DNA of 64,000 nt from an uncultured delta proteobacterium (GTDB lineage Bacteria; Desulfobacterota; Desulfarculia; JACQYL01; CAWGVV01). The stretch covers positions 1,232,635 through 1,296,634 of the forward strand of contig CAWGVV010000001.1 of the NCBI GenBank assembly GCA_963826125.1, in the 5' to 3' direction. Every line of letters begins with the position of its first letter. The first letter of the stretch is position 1. Below the pieces are notes generated by a model that was given only the letters and a program-made list of their open reading frames with translations, did no database searches and was not told the origin of the DNA. This document shows positions 26,542 to 36,406 of the stretch, in pieces. A program made the position numbers and the translations under genes.

Positions 26542-27963
26542 TTATCCCCCGGTCCCGAGGTTCAAGCGGCCCTTGCGTTCCTTTTTCCTGATGCGGATGG
26601 TGAAGGTCGTTCCCCCTACGCGATTCACGTCGATAGTCCCCCCCAGCTGCCCCTCCGCGAGGCCGGTGACCAGCTGGAGGCCCAACGTCCTGGTATGACG
26701 AAAATCGATAGATACCGGAAGGCCCACCCCGTTATCGCTCACCACCAGTTCCATGTCTTTGTTGGTGAGGCGGCGGGCGCGAATGGATATCTCCCCTTTT
26801 CTCCCGCAGGGAAAGGCATGTTTGAGGGAGTTGGAGATGAGTTCGTTGAAGATCAGGCCACACGGGATGAGGGAATCGATGTCCATGGTGACGTCCTCGG
26901 CTTCCACCACCAGGTGGACGGCCTTGGGGTCTTTCCGCGCCGCCTCGAAGAGCATGCCGGCCAGTCGTGAAATGTATTGATTCATGTTCACTTCGGCCAT
27001 GTCCTCGGATTGGTAGAGCGCCTCATGGACAAGGGCCATGGCAGCCACTCGGCCCCTGGCCTCCTCGAACACCTCAAGCAGTTTTGTGTCCCTGATCCCC
27101 TGGGCCTGGAGGGTCAGCAGGCTTGAAATGACCTGCATGTTGTTCTTGACGCGATGATGCACCTCTCGAAGAAGCACCTCTTTTTCGTAGAGGGAAGCCT
27201 TGATCTTTTCCTCGGTTCGTCTGCGATGGGTTACGTCGTGGACCGTACCGAGTATTTGTCGGGCGGTGCCGTTTTCACGGCTGGAAAAAACGACGTCCGT
27301 CGTCAGAAACCAGCGGTATTCCCCTTTGTTGCACCGGTATCGATATTCGCATTCGAGTATCTCTCCCTTGCGCGCCCCCGCGCAGAGGGTATTGTGCAGA
27401 GTCACCGTGGCCATGTCGTCCGGGTGAATTCGCGCAGCGTGGATGTTCGGCCCCTTGCCGAGGAGTTCTTCCCGCGAACTTCCGGTTACTGTCTGATACG
27501 AATGATTGACGAAGTCGTAGCGATTGGTGTCGAGGTCCAGAATGTACAGTGCATAGGGAGCGGCATCGGCGAAGCGCTCCACGAAAATCCTGCTGTCCCG
27601 CAGCGCCGATCGGGTCTGTTCCAGTTCTCCGATATCCGTGAGAAAAATCAGGGATGTCGAAGATTTTCGTCGTTCATCGAAAAATGGCGCGACCGACACC
27701 CTGACCCATAGGGCGGTTCCATCCTTCAGGGTGATTTTCATTTCCCGGGATGGATGGTTCCCTTCCCTGACCATTGCGGCGAACGATTTTTCATCCTCTT
27801 CACCGAGCAGGTCCGTTAACGGCTTTCCCGGAGCGCTTTCCGGGGGGAACCCGAACATGGCACCCGCCTTCGGGTTAATGAAAACGACGACCAATTCTTC
27901 GTCTACCGCGAGAAAGCCTTCCGCAGCGTTTTCCATGAAGTGTTGAAAGATTTCTTTTTTCAT
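26542..27963 (-). CDS. PAS-domain sensor histidine kinase (HisKA_2/HWE-type H-box)
   Basis: H-box EVHHRVKNNMQVISSLL, PAS repeats, C-terminal HATPase (ISIRARRL...VSDNGVGLP). The start MKKEIFQ was chosen. Confidence 0.8.
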   Translation of the reverse strand: MKKEIFQHFMENAAEGFLAVDEELVVVFINPKAGAMFGFPPESAPGKPLTDLLGEEDEKSFAAMVREGNHPSREMKITLKDGTALWVRVSVAPFFDERRKSSTSLIFLTDIGELEQTRSALRDSRIFVERFADAAPYALYILDLDTNRYDFVNHSYQTVTGSSREELLGKGPNIHAARIHPDDMATVTLHNTLCAGARKGEILECEYRYRCNKGEYRWFLTTDVVFSSRENGTARQILGTVHDVTHRRRTEEKIKASLYEKEVLLREVHHRVKNNMQVISSLLTLQAQGIRDTKLLEVFEEARGRVAAMALVHEALYQSEDMAEVNMNQYISRLAGMLFEAARKDPKAVHLVVEAEDVTMDIDSLIPCGLIFNELISNSLKHAFPCGRKGEISIRARRLTNKDMELVVSDNGVGLPVSIDFRHTRTLGLQLVTGLAEGQLGGTIDVNRVGGTTFTIRIRKKERKGRLNLGTGG

Positions 27964-28219
27964 CCACTTGCCCCGGCTCAGTTCAAGGTTCGAAGCGGTT
28001 GTTCGCTGCACGCCGGAGGGATTTTCCACGAGACCTGCCGCGTTCGCGGAAATCGGTCCGCCAGTATGTACGTATTCTCGGTGTTCGTCTCCCTTTCGGT
28101 GCGAAGGGCGCCGTCCTGGACTTTCGACGCCCGCGCCGACTATAGTGGAATGAAATCCGTCGTGCAATAAATAGCATCAATGGGAATTCAAAATAATCGG
28201 AGAAAGGAGAGGGCTTCAG

Positions 28220-29290
28220 GTGGATAGCTTGTTGGAAGGGGGGAGATCGCTCCTCACAACCTTGATACTCCTCGGAGGAACGGCTCTCGTCGGGCTTCTG
28301 ATCCATACCGTTTTCATACGGATAGCGCCGAGGTTCACGCAGAAGCTCTTCAATCATTTTAGTACCCTCATGCTCAAGTACACGGCCTCCCCTCTGCGTA
28401 TTATCTTTCCAGTGGCGGCGGTACTGACCGTGCTGCCTTTCAGCGGCCTTACGGCTCCAAGGGAAGCCACGCTGCGTCAACTGCTGGCGCTGACGCTCAT
28501 CGGATGCATCGGATGGCTCATGGTGCGTTTCCTGGCAGTTCTGGAGGAACTGTCGCTGGGACGTTATCGACTGGACGTTCAAGACAATCTGGAAGCTAGG
28601 CGGGCGTATACCCAGATTCGCATGCTCCGCCGGGTTGCGGTAGCCATGGTATTCACGCTCACCATAGCTTCGATGCTTATGACGTTCGACCGGGTGAGGC
28701 AGCTGGGCGCGAGTATCCTGGCTTCGGCGGGCATTGCGGGGATCATTCTGGGATTTGCCGCACAGAAAAGTCTTTCCGCTCTCGTGGCCGGTCTTCAGGT
28801 GGCCATCAGCCAGCCCATCCGGATCGACGACGTGGTGATCGTGGAGAACGAATGGGGGAGAATCGAGGAGATCACCATGACGTACGTGGTGGTGAGGATC
28901 TGGGACCAGCGCCGACTCATCGTACCGACCAACTATTTCATCGAAAAGCCGTTCCAGAACTGGACCAGGGTTTCAACCGACTTGCTGGGAACGGTTTTCC
29001 TCTATGTCGATTACACGGTCCCCATTGGGGAGGTCCGCAACGAACTTCATTCGATTCTCGATAAATCCCCCATCTGGGACCGGCGCGTATGGAATCTGCA
29101 GGTCACGAATACCACTGACAAGACCATGGAACTTCGTGCGCTGATGAGCGCGGGCGATGCTTCGAAAGCCTGGGACCTGCGTTGCGAGGTACGGGAAAAG
29201 CTTATCTCGTTCATCCGGGAAAAGTATCCGCAGAGCCTGCCGAAACAGCGCGCCGAAATCACCGGGAAGATGGCGGCGCCTCAGGAGTGA
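28220..29290 (+). CDS. Mechanosensitive ion channel (MscS family)
   Basis: TM3 and beta-domain signature AGIAGIILGFAAQKSLSALVAGLQVAISQPIRIDDVVIVENEWGRIEEITMTYVVVR. 356 aa. Confidence 0.85.
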   Translation: MDSLLEGGRSLLTTLILLGGTALVGLLIHTVFIRIAPRFTQKLFNHFSTLMLKYTASPLRIIFPVAAVLTVLPFSGLTAPREATLRQLLALTLIGCIGWLMVRFLAVLEELSLGRYRLDVQDNLEARRAYTQIRMLRRVAVAMVFTLTIASMLMTFDRVRQLGASILASAGIAGIILGFAAQKSLSALVAGLQVAISQPIRIDDVVIVENEWGRIEEITMTYVVVRIWDQRRLIVPTNYFIEKPFQNWTRVSTDLLGTVFLYVDYTVPIGEVRNELHSILDKSPIWDRRVWNLQVTNTTDKTMELRALMSAGDASKAWDLRCEVREKLISFIREKYPQSLPKQRAEITGKMAAPQE

Positions 29291-29461
29291 TGCGGAAGAA
29301 CAAACAACGGCAGGATATTTCAGCCCCCCCTTCCCCTCGGGAAAATCGTTATTAGTGTTGAGTATAGAAAGGCGCCCCGCGGCATTGAGCGCGAAGTTTC
29401 ATCGGCACACGAGGCGCCCGTAAATTTTCAGCAACCACCTTTATGAAAGGGGGAGCTAGAT

Positions 29462-30040
29462 ATGTACAAGACACTTGCGATATTTTCCATTCTCGCGTTA
29501 TTTCTCCTCTTCGCCGCCCAGCCGGTTTTGGCGGAAGAGGGAGGGACCGGGACTGCGTCGCATCACTACTTCTATAATGGAAGCACTCAAATGTACAAAG
29601 AGGGACCGTCCAGCGGTTCGTCATATCACTATTACTACAACGGCACCGAACCGTACGTGAAGAGCGACCGTGGCAGCGGAGAGTGGGGGCATCATTATTT
29701 CTATCCCGGTAATGATCAGAATACCCAGGGATCAATGAGTCAGGGCAAGATGAGTGAAGGCATGGAGACTGCCATCACCAATGAAGACGGGAGCGTTGCC
29801 AGGGACAATGCCGCCATGACCGGCGGTAGCATGGCCATGGAATCGGATAGCAGCCGACTGCATCACAACTATTACTATCGCGGCGGTGAGTACGAATACG
29901 TATCGCCAATCGCTCCGACCCATGAATTGAAGGAAGGAAACTGGCATTACTTCTACACCGGAGCCGAACCGTTTGCTTCCTCGAAAGAAATGATGGAAGG
30001 TTCCGGGCACTGGGGCCATAACTATTACTTCCCGTGGTAG
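29462..30040 (+). CDS. Secreted His/Tyr-rich repeat protein (6x H-x-Y-[FY]-Y motif)
   Basis: Signal peptide MYKTLAIFSILALFLLFAAQPVLA. Repeats HHYFYNGS, YHYYYNGT, HHYFYPGN, HNYYYRGG, WHYFYTGA, HNYYFPW. GGGGGAG RBS. Confidence 0.7.
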   Translation: MYKTLAIFSILALFLLFAAQPVLAEEGGTGTASHHYFYNGSTQMYKEGPSSGSSYHYYYNGTEPYVKSDRGSGEWGHHYFYPGNDQNTQGSMSQGKMSEGMETAITNEDGSVARDNAAMTGGSMAMESDSSRLHHNYYYRGGEYEYVSPIAPTHELKEGNWHYFYTGAEPFASSKEMMEGSGHWGHNYYFPW

Positions 30041-30183
30041 CCATAACAGTGGTAGGCATAACAAAGGAGCCATTCCGGAAAACCGGGATGGCTTCGTTTT
30101 TTCCCTTGAAATATCTTCCCGCCTTCTAAAAACTTTGAAGAATTGTTCGCGTAAGGCGCGGAGCGGAACACGGTTTTCGAAGT

Positions 30184-31287
30184 CTAGGGAAGTTCCTTCC
30201 GGGGCCATACCGCCTTTATGATGGTTCCCGTTTCCTTCGAAGATGAAATCGAAAAAATCCCTCCGGAAAACTCGACTCTTTCCCGCATGCTGACCAGTCC
30301 TATCCCGCCGCTGTTGGAGTCTTTCTTGCCGGACTGCCGGGAAACAATTCCCTTTCCGTTGTCCCGGACCGACAGTTCAATGCCTGAACCGTTTTTATTC
30401 AACGACACCGATGCCCGATTCGCCTGGCTGTGCTTGGCGATGTTGTTCAGACATTCCTGAAGCACTCGGTAAATCGTCAGCTTTATCGATTCGGGCACCT
30501 CGCGCTCCGAGATGTTGACTTCTTCCTCCAGCTCGATCTCGCGATAGGTGGTATGGAACTGCCGACAGACCCACGATACCGCTGCCGCGATACCAAGGTT
30601 GTCCAGTACGGAGGGTCGCAGGTCGGAGATGATGCCCCGTATTTCGTTCAACGTATAGACGCTCATTTCGCTCAACTTCGCGAGTGATCGATGGGCGGGA
30701 GAATCCGCTTCCACCAGGTCCCAGGTGTTTTCGATAATGATTTTCATCGCGGCGATGGACTGGCAGATGCTGTCGTGGAGTTCCATGGCGATACGCTTCC
30801 GCTCGTCTTCCTGGGCGGTAAGCAGCCGGGAGGAGAGGAATCTCAGTTCCTGCTCCGATCGTTGCAGTCGTTCTTCCGCATTCCATCGGTCAAGTGCATA
30901 GCGGATGGACCGTTCGAGCACCAGCGGGTTCAACGTTTCCTTTTCCAGATAATCGTAGGCGCCTCGCTTCATAGCCTCGATATCCGTCTCGTACCCGCCC
31001 TGCCCCGTCAGGAAAATGAAGGGAATCCTGTAGCCCCTCCTCCTGGCTTCTTCCAGCAGTTCGAGGCCCGTGTAGTCTCCGAGTCGGTAGTCCAGAAGAT
31101 AGAGATCGTGCTCACGACGTTCGATGTATTCCAAAGCTTCGCCGTAGGTGCGCACCCATTCAATCTCGTAAAGATTGGGTTGGATGCCGGTGAGCACCTC
31201 GCGAACGATGATGTAATCGTCTTCGTCGTCTTCGATCAGCAGTATTTTGATTGGTTCTTCCATAGGTTCAATTGGAGGAAGCGACAT
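30184..31287 (-). CDS. Hybrid sensor kinase: N-terminal receiver + HisKA_3 + HATPase_c
   Basis: KILLIEDDEDDYIIVREVL...LDYRLGDYTG receiver domain. H-box MELHDSICQSIAAMK is NarX/DesK-type. C-terminal ATPase (VRDNGKGI...GGIGLVSMRERV). Confidence 0.8.
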   Translation of the reverse strand: MSLPPIEPMEEPIKILLIEDDEDDYIIVREVLTGIQPNLYEIEWVRTYGEALEYIERREHDLYLLDYRLGDYTGLELLEEARRRGYRIPFIFLTGQGGYETDIEAMKRGAYDYLEKETLNPLVLERSIRYALDRWNAEERLQRSEQELRFLSSRLLTAQEDERKRIAMELHDSICQSIAAMKIIIENTWDLVEADSPAHRSLAKLSEMSVYTLNEIRGIISDLRPSVLDNLGIAAAVSWVCRQFHTTYREIELEEEVNISEREVPESIKLTIYRVLQECLNNIAKHSQANRASVSLNKNGSGIELSVRDNGKGIVSRQSGKKDSNSGGIGLVSMRERVEFSGGIFSISSSKETGTIIKAVWPRKELP

Positions 31288-31732
31288 CCGGAAGCTCCAC
31301 GGTGTGCAGCCAATACTGATTGAGGGTCTTTACGACTTCCTTCAGATCCTGATAGGAAACCGGCTTGACGATGAAGGAACTGGCTCCCAGATCGTAACTC
31401 CTGTTGATGTCCTCTCGCTCCCGGGAAGTGGTGAAAATCACCACGGGGATTCGTTTCAGTTGGGGATCCGCCTTGATTTCCCTCAGTACGGTACGACCGT
31501 CTTTCCTCGGCATGTTGAGATCCAGGATGATGAGGTCCGGCGGGGGAAACCGTTTTCGGTCTCCATAGGGTCCCTGGAGCCTGAGGTATTCCAGGAGCTC
31601 TTCGCCGTCTTCAACGACCCTCAGACAATCGGTGAGGCTCTGTTCTTCGAAAGCGTCCTTCATGAGGAGGCAATCATCGGGATCGTCATCCGCCATGATG
31701 ATGGTGACCTGTTTGTACTTTGCTTCAACCAT
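31268..31732 (-). CDS. Single-domain response regulator (CheY-like)
   Basis: VTIIMADDDPDDCLLMKDAF...LIILDLNMPRKDG...FTTS...VKP. It overlaps the downstream hybrid kinase by 20 nt. Confidence 0.75.
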   Translation of the reverse strand: MVEAKYKQVTIIMADDDPDDCLLMKDAFEEQSLTDCLRVVEDGEELLEYLRLQGPYGDRKRFPPPDLIILDLNMPRKDGRTVLREIKADPQLKRIPVVIFTTSREREDINRSYDLGASSFIVKPVSYQDLKEVVKTLNQYWLHTVELPDVASSN

Positions 31733-32581
31733 CGGTGTATGTATGTGGAGTTTGGCGTGCATCCTCAACGATCTCCTCACGCGCCGAAATTCCTTGAATT
31801 CCGGGTCTGCGGCATTTGGCATTCCCTTCGCAACCTCTCATCGGAAACCGAGCCCGAGATGTTCGAGCCCGCCCCCTCGCTTCGCCTGCCTTGGCTGTAA
31901 TTGACGATCCTCTCCCGCCGCAACACTTCCCGCATCTCACTGCCGCCGAAAATTAAGAACGATTATCCCCAAAGTGTCAATGGTTTTATGAAATCGATCC
32001 CCACATTTCCGCTGCTTCGTTCACAACGAAACATCTGCAAGCCGCAGCCTCCTGCGCGAACATGACTACATGCCCCGGAGCTGTCGGAATCATCTTCCCG
32101 GACGCAAGCCACGGATCGCACTCACAAAACTTCTCTGCAACAATGGCCATGGCTCTCCGACTGTCAAGACTGCCAAACAACTATTCCAGTTGGTGCTCGA
32201 ATGTAAGTTTGCTGCACTCAGAAGATGCCGGGTGAGATGGGATCATGAGCAACATGCATACAACATATAGCAGGATTTCATTTTTTAGGCAATCATGTTT
32301 ACCTTCACCTTGCCCATACGGCCGAGGGATAAAAAGAAAATCGTTTCTCCGGAATAATCCGATAAATGTTCGTTTTCCGGTTTTCTCCCCGAATGTTTCC
32401 CCGGAGAAATATGGTAATACGATACCGGACGCTGCCGGTAAGGCAGCCCGGCAGATCGTTCCCCCGCACGGCGCGTCCCCGCCTCCGACCTTACGGCTTG
32501 GCTTTTCCGGCTGCCTCCTGTACATTGGTTCCGTTCCTCGGGTGCCGAGAAAGAAGAGAACAACGGGAGGCAACCCAGACC

Positions 32582-33757
32582 GTGCGCAACGGAGAAAATC
32601 TGTCCGCCGTCATTCTCGCCGCCGGCTTTTCTTCCCGCATGAAGGAGTTCAAACCGCTCCTCATGCTGGGGGGAATGACCCTGCTTGAAAGGACGGTCGG
32701 CCTGTTCCGCGACCATGGGACGACCGACGTCCTGGTGGTCGCCGGACATCGGGCTCACGATGTTTCCGCCGAGGCGAGGAGACTGGGCGCCCGGTGCATC
32801 GTCAACGAGCAGTACGAACGGGGAATGTTCACGTCGGTAAGGACCGCGGTAAAAAATCTGCCTCCGGACGCCCCCGCGTTTTTTCTTCTTCCCGTGGACA
32901 TTCCGTTGGTGAGGCCGCACACGGTCCGTCGTCTCGTCGAGGTGTGGCGGGAAGGTTCTCACGGTATCCTCTATCCTTCATTTCTGGGCCAAAGAGGCCA
33001 CCCTCCCCTGATTTCCCGCCGCTACATTGAGGACATCATCGATTGGAATGGCGCCGGGGGGTTACGGCCCGTTCTCGAAAAACGTGAGGACGATGCGCGG
33101 GACGTAGAAGTGGCCGATCGTTTTATCCTCGAAGACATGGACACTCCGGATGATTTCGCGGCCATGCGGGTGTGGCAGGCACGTGCCGGTGTGCCCGACG
33201 TCGACGAATGCCGATCGCTGCTGACGCGGGTTTATCGTCGGGAAGACTCGCTGGTGTCCCATTGTCGAAGCGTGGCGCGGGTGGCCCTTCGGCTGGGCCG
33301 AAGACTATCCTCCAGGGGATGCGGACTGAACCTCGACCTGCTTCTGGCGGCAGCCCTGCTGCACGACATCGCCAAGGGACAGCCGGACCACGCGGCAGCC
33401 GGCGCCCGCATGCTCTCCAATCTGGATTTCCCGTCCGTGGCGGAGGTGATTGCCTGCCACATGGATCTGGTTCCTCCATCGCAGGGCGCGCCCGACGAAC
33501 GGGAGCTTCTCTACTTGGCGGACAAAATGGTGAAGGGAAGTCGGCTGGTGCACCCTGAAAAGCGGTTTGCCGAAGCGATCGAACGATATGCGGACGATGC
33601 ATCGACCGTGGTGTCGATCGAACGGAGAAGGCGTACGGTGGAAATTATCGAAAACCGGATCGGAACGATACTGGGTCGATCGGGATTCGACCTCGTCTCC
33701 GACGGAGAGGAGGGAAGCGATGAACAAGGGACGCATTTATCTGATGAGGCATGGTGA
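32582..33757 (+). CDS. MobA-like nucleotidyltransferase fused to an HD phosphohydrolase domain
   Basis: GTG start 11 nt after GGGAGG. N-terminus LSAVILAAGFSSRMKEFKPLLMLGGMTLLERTV is the MobA/MocA/CobY NTP-transferase motif. The C-terminal half carries HDIAK and D...H of an HD domain. Confidence 0.7.
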   Translation: MRNGENLSAVILAAGFSSRMKEFKPLLMLGGMTLLERTVGLFRDHGTTDVLVVAGHRAHDVSAEARRLGARCIVNEQYERGMFTSVRTAVKNLPPDAPAFFLLPVDIPLVRPHTVRRLVEVWREGSHGILYPSFLGQRGHPPLISRRYIEDIIDWNGAGGLRPVLEKREDDARDVEVADRFILEDMDTPDDFAAMRVWQARAGVPDVDECRSLLTRVYRREDSLVSHCRSVARVALRLGRRLSSRGCGLNLDLLLAAALLHDIAKGQPDHAAAGARMLSNLDFPSVAEVIACHMDLVPPSQGAPDERELLYLADKMVKGSRLVHPEKRFAEAIERYADDASTVVSIERRRRTVEIIENRIGTILGRSGFDLVSDGEEGSDEQGTHLSDEAW

Positions 33758-34328
33758 AATCCCCCTGTCCGGAGAAACGCGTTACATAGGACAACTGGAC
33801 CTGCCGCTCACCGCGCGCGGGGTCGATCAGGTCCGGCAGTGGCGGGAGCCTCTTTCGGCGGTCCGTTTCAGCCGCGTGTATTGCAGCGATTTGCTGCGCT
33901 GCCGCCACACTGTCCGACTCGTTCTGGGAGATGACAGGGACGACGTGCTTTTTGAACCCATGCTTCGCGAAATATGTCTCGGAACGTGGGAGGGGCTGCC
34001 CGTCGGCGAGGTGAAGGAACGTTTTCCCGAGGGATGGAAACGTAGAGGGGAAGACCTGGCGGGGTATCGTCCGGAAGGGGGAGAAAGCTTCGCGGACCTC
34101 GCCGCCCGGGTGGTGCCGTTTTTCAGAACGATCGCGGAATCAATGGAAGGCGACGTGCTTGTCGTGGCCCATGCGGGCGTCAACCGAACGATTCTCAGCC
34201 ACGTGCTGGGTATGCCCCTGAACAACGTCCTGCGAATCGGACAGGATTATGCGTGTCTGAATCTCCTGGATTGCTCCACGGACCCCTACCGTGTCCTGGC
34301 AACGAACCTGAAGCCGACGTTTCCCTGA
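33720..34328 (+). CDS. Histidine phosphatase (phosphoglycerate-mutase family; CobC/alpha-ribazole-phosphatase-like)
   Basis: IYLMRHGE catalytic RHG motif and ...VVAHAG... second His. It overlaps the upstream gene by 38 nt. Confidence 0.8.
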   Translation: MNKGRIYLMRHGEIPLSGETRYIGQLDLPLTARGVDQVRQWREPLSAVRFSRVYCSDLLRCRHTVRLVLGDDRDDVLFEPMLREICLGTWEGLPVGEVKERFPEGWKRRGEDLAGYRPEGGESFADLAARVVPFFRTIAESMEGDVLVVAHAGVNRTILSHVLGMPLNNVLRIGQDYACLNLLDCSTDPYRVLATNLKPTFP

Positions 34329-34344
34329 CGAAGGCGGCCCGAAC

Positions 34345-35592
34345 TCAAGCATCAGCGGCAAAAGCGGACCGTTCGGACGAACGGTCCTCGGCCTCCGTTT
34401 TCCCGCTGATCTCCACCCGGTTCCGGCCCAGGCGCTTCGCGCGGTACAAAGCCTCGTCCGCCGCCATGATTACCGCTTCCACCCCGGTTCCCGAAGAAGG
34501 AAAAGCGCAGGCCACCCCAAGGCTAATGGTGACTTTGCCCACCGGCGTTCCCGGATTGGACAGGTTCAGCAACTCCACCGAGCCGCGCATCTTTTCCGCC
34601 ACCATGACGGCTCCGGCCAGATCGGTGTCGGGCAGAATGACCGCGAACTCCTCCCCACCGTAACGGGCCACCATGTCGCCTTCCCGGAACAGGGTATGAC
34701 CCAGCACGCGCGCCACCGTCTTCAGACAATCGTCTCCCATGCGATGGCCGAGCGTATCGTTCAGATTCTTGAAATAATCGAGGTCCACCATGATGAAGGC
34801 AAGGAACTTTCCGTCCCGCGCCGCCCTGCGCCATTCCTTGATCAGCGACTGATTGAAAAGCCTCCGGTTGGGCACTTCGGTCAGATCGTCCATGGTGCAC
34901 AGCCGCCGGAGACGCGCGTTCATGGTTTCCAGCTCGGCTTTCTGTTTCCCGATAAGCCGCTGGGCCAGAAAGTCCTTCACTTCCTTGGCATACAACACCT
35001 GCGCGGTGATCAGCGCCAGTGCGCTGAAAATGACGACGTTGGTGCAAAGCGCCGCGGAGCGGCCGAACCCCTCTGCCCGGGTCAGTATCATGATCAACAT
35101 GACGATTCCGTTCACGCCGAATACGAGCACGTTTTTTTTCGTATCCAGCCTCACCAACGCCACCGTGGCGAAGACGACCATGATGAAAGGGGAAAGGGAC
35201 TCCCGGAACACCAGAAACAACCCGTTGAAAACGGAAACGAGCGAAGAGACGGCCAGAAGATAGGCAAGTTCCGCAACCATATGTACGGGCCGCAGTTTTC
35301 CGGGAGAAGGGATGGGGAGCGAAAAGAGTATAAAGGCGAGGGACCCAGCCACAATGAAAATCCTGCCGCCGAGAAGCCATGGGAACAGCGAGAGGAAGGC
35401 CCGATCTCCCGAACCCGCCAGCACACTATAATCAAGGGGAATCAGCGCCAGAAAGAAAACGGCCGCTGCATAGGCGGCGAGCCGCAACCGTTGTAGGTTA
35501 TGATGGACGAGGTACTGCTCTATCTCCCCCCTCTCCTTTTCCGAGAGGACCGGGAAGAGCGAGTCAGCTTTCTGACCGACGATTCTCACCAT
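34345..35592 (-). CDS. Membrane-anchored diguanylate cyclase (GGDEF)
   Basis: About 6 TM N-terminus, then RYGGEEFAVILPDT (GGEEF active site). The start MVRIVGQ avoids a 205-aa overlap with the thioesterase gene. Confidence 0.8.
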   Translation of the reverse strand: MVRIVGQKADSLFPVLSEKERGEIEQYLVHHNLQRLRLAAYAAAVFFLALIPLDYSVLAGSGDRAFLSLFPWLLGGRIFIVAGSLAFILFSLPIPSPGKLRPVHMVAELAYLLAVSSLVSVFNGLFLVFRESLSPFIMVVFATVALVRLDTKKNVLVFGVNGIVMLIMILTRAEGFGRSAALCTNVVIFSALALITAQVLYAKEVKDFLAQRLIGKQKAELETMNARLRRLCTMDDLTEVPNRRLFNQSLIKEWRRAARDGKFLAFIMVDLDYFKNLNDTLGHRMGDDCLKTVARVLGHTLFREGDMVARYGGEEFAVILPDTDLAGAVMVAEKMRGSVELLNLSNPGTPVGKVTISLGVACAFPSSGTGVEAVIMAADEALYRAKRLGRNRVEISGKTEAEDRSSERSAFAADA

Positions 35593-35841
35593 ATAATAAA
35601 TTTCGGCATGCAGCCTTAACCACTGGAGAAAAAAAGATACACGGCGCCATAAAAATGCAATGAATTCACTATCACTTGTTCCGTGGAAAGGAAAGGCGAA
35701 ACCGTCCGTTTCCCACGTTCGGCTACGGGCGCCGATTTCCGATACGTCATGACAAGCGTATTCATCAGTGTTATGTATTATGCGTGTTGCGGGGGATGAG
35801 GCCGCTCCCTCGTTCCGGCAATTTCGCAGAAGGAGGGCAAC

Positions 35842-36273
35842 GTGAAAGAGAGCCTCAAGCCCGGTCTTCCGGTGCAATTTTCCTTCGTCGTTCCGGAAAA
35901 CAAGACGGTGCCCCATATCCTGCCCGAGTCGCCGGAAATGCAACACATGCCGCACGTTCTGGCATCGGGGTTCATGGTGGCGATCATCGAATGGGCATGC
36001 ATCCGGGCGCTCATGCCGCATCTCGACTGGCCGGAGGAAATGACCCTCGGAACGGGCTTCGAACTCACCCATTCGGCGCCGACGCCTCCCGGCATGACGG
36101 TCACGGTGAGCGGCAAGCTTGAAAGCATGGAGGGGCGAAAACTCGTTTTCGCCATCTCGGTGCATGACGGCCTGGACGAAGTCTCCCGGGGGACCCATGA
36201 ACGGCACGTGGTGAACAGTTCGATATTCATGGCCCGAGCGGCCGCGAAAGCCGCCGAAGCGAGTGCCCGGTAA
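35842..36273 (+). CDS. Hotdog-fold thioesterase (FlK/PaaI-like)
   Basis: GTG start 4 nt after AGGAGGG. 143 aa. Core …MVAIIEWACIRAL…GTGFELTHSAPTPPGMTVTVSGKLES…. Confidence 0.65.
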   Translation: MKESLKPGLPVQFSFVVPENKTVPHILPESPEMQHMPHVLASGFMVAIIEWACIRALMPHLDWPEEMTLGTGFELTHSAPTPPGMTVTVSGKLESMEGRKLVFAISVHDGLDEVSRGTHERHVVNSSIFMARAAAKAAEASAR

Positions 36274-36406
36274 GAGGATTCGCGCGGCGGAAAGAAGCCG
36301 CCGCGGAAGATGAGAATGATTTTCTTCCTTTAAAGCAAACCCTTACTCTGATAGACTGCATTTCGATGTAAGTTTTTCCGATCCCGATTCCGTGAGGTAA
36401 TTAGGT

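Noticed and set aside
31940-32580. Cobalamin or Moco riboswitch upstream of the MobA-HD gene
   Set aside because: No recognisable B12-box (GCCACTG) or Moco-motif core could be identified by eye. Left as an open finding at low interest.
34345-36207. Full 620-aa extent of the GGDEF ORF
   Set aside because: The N-terminal 205 aa overlap the plus-strand thioesterase gene and are low-complexity. It was trimmed to the internal Met at 35592, where a hydrophobic TM region begins.
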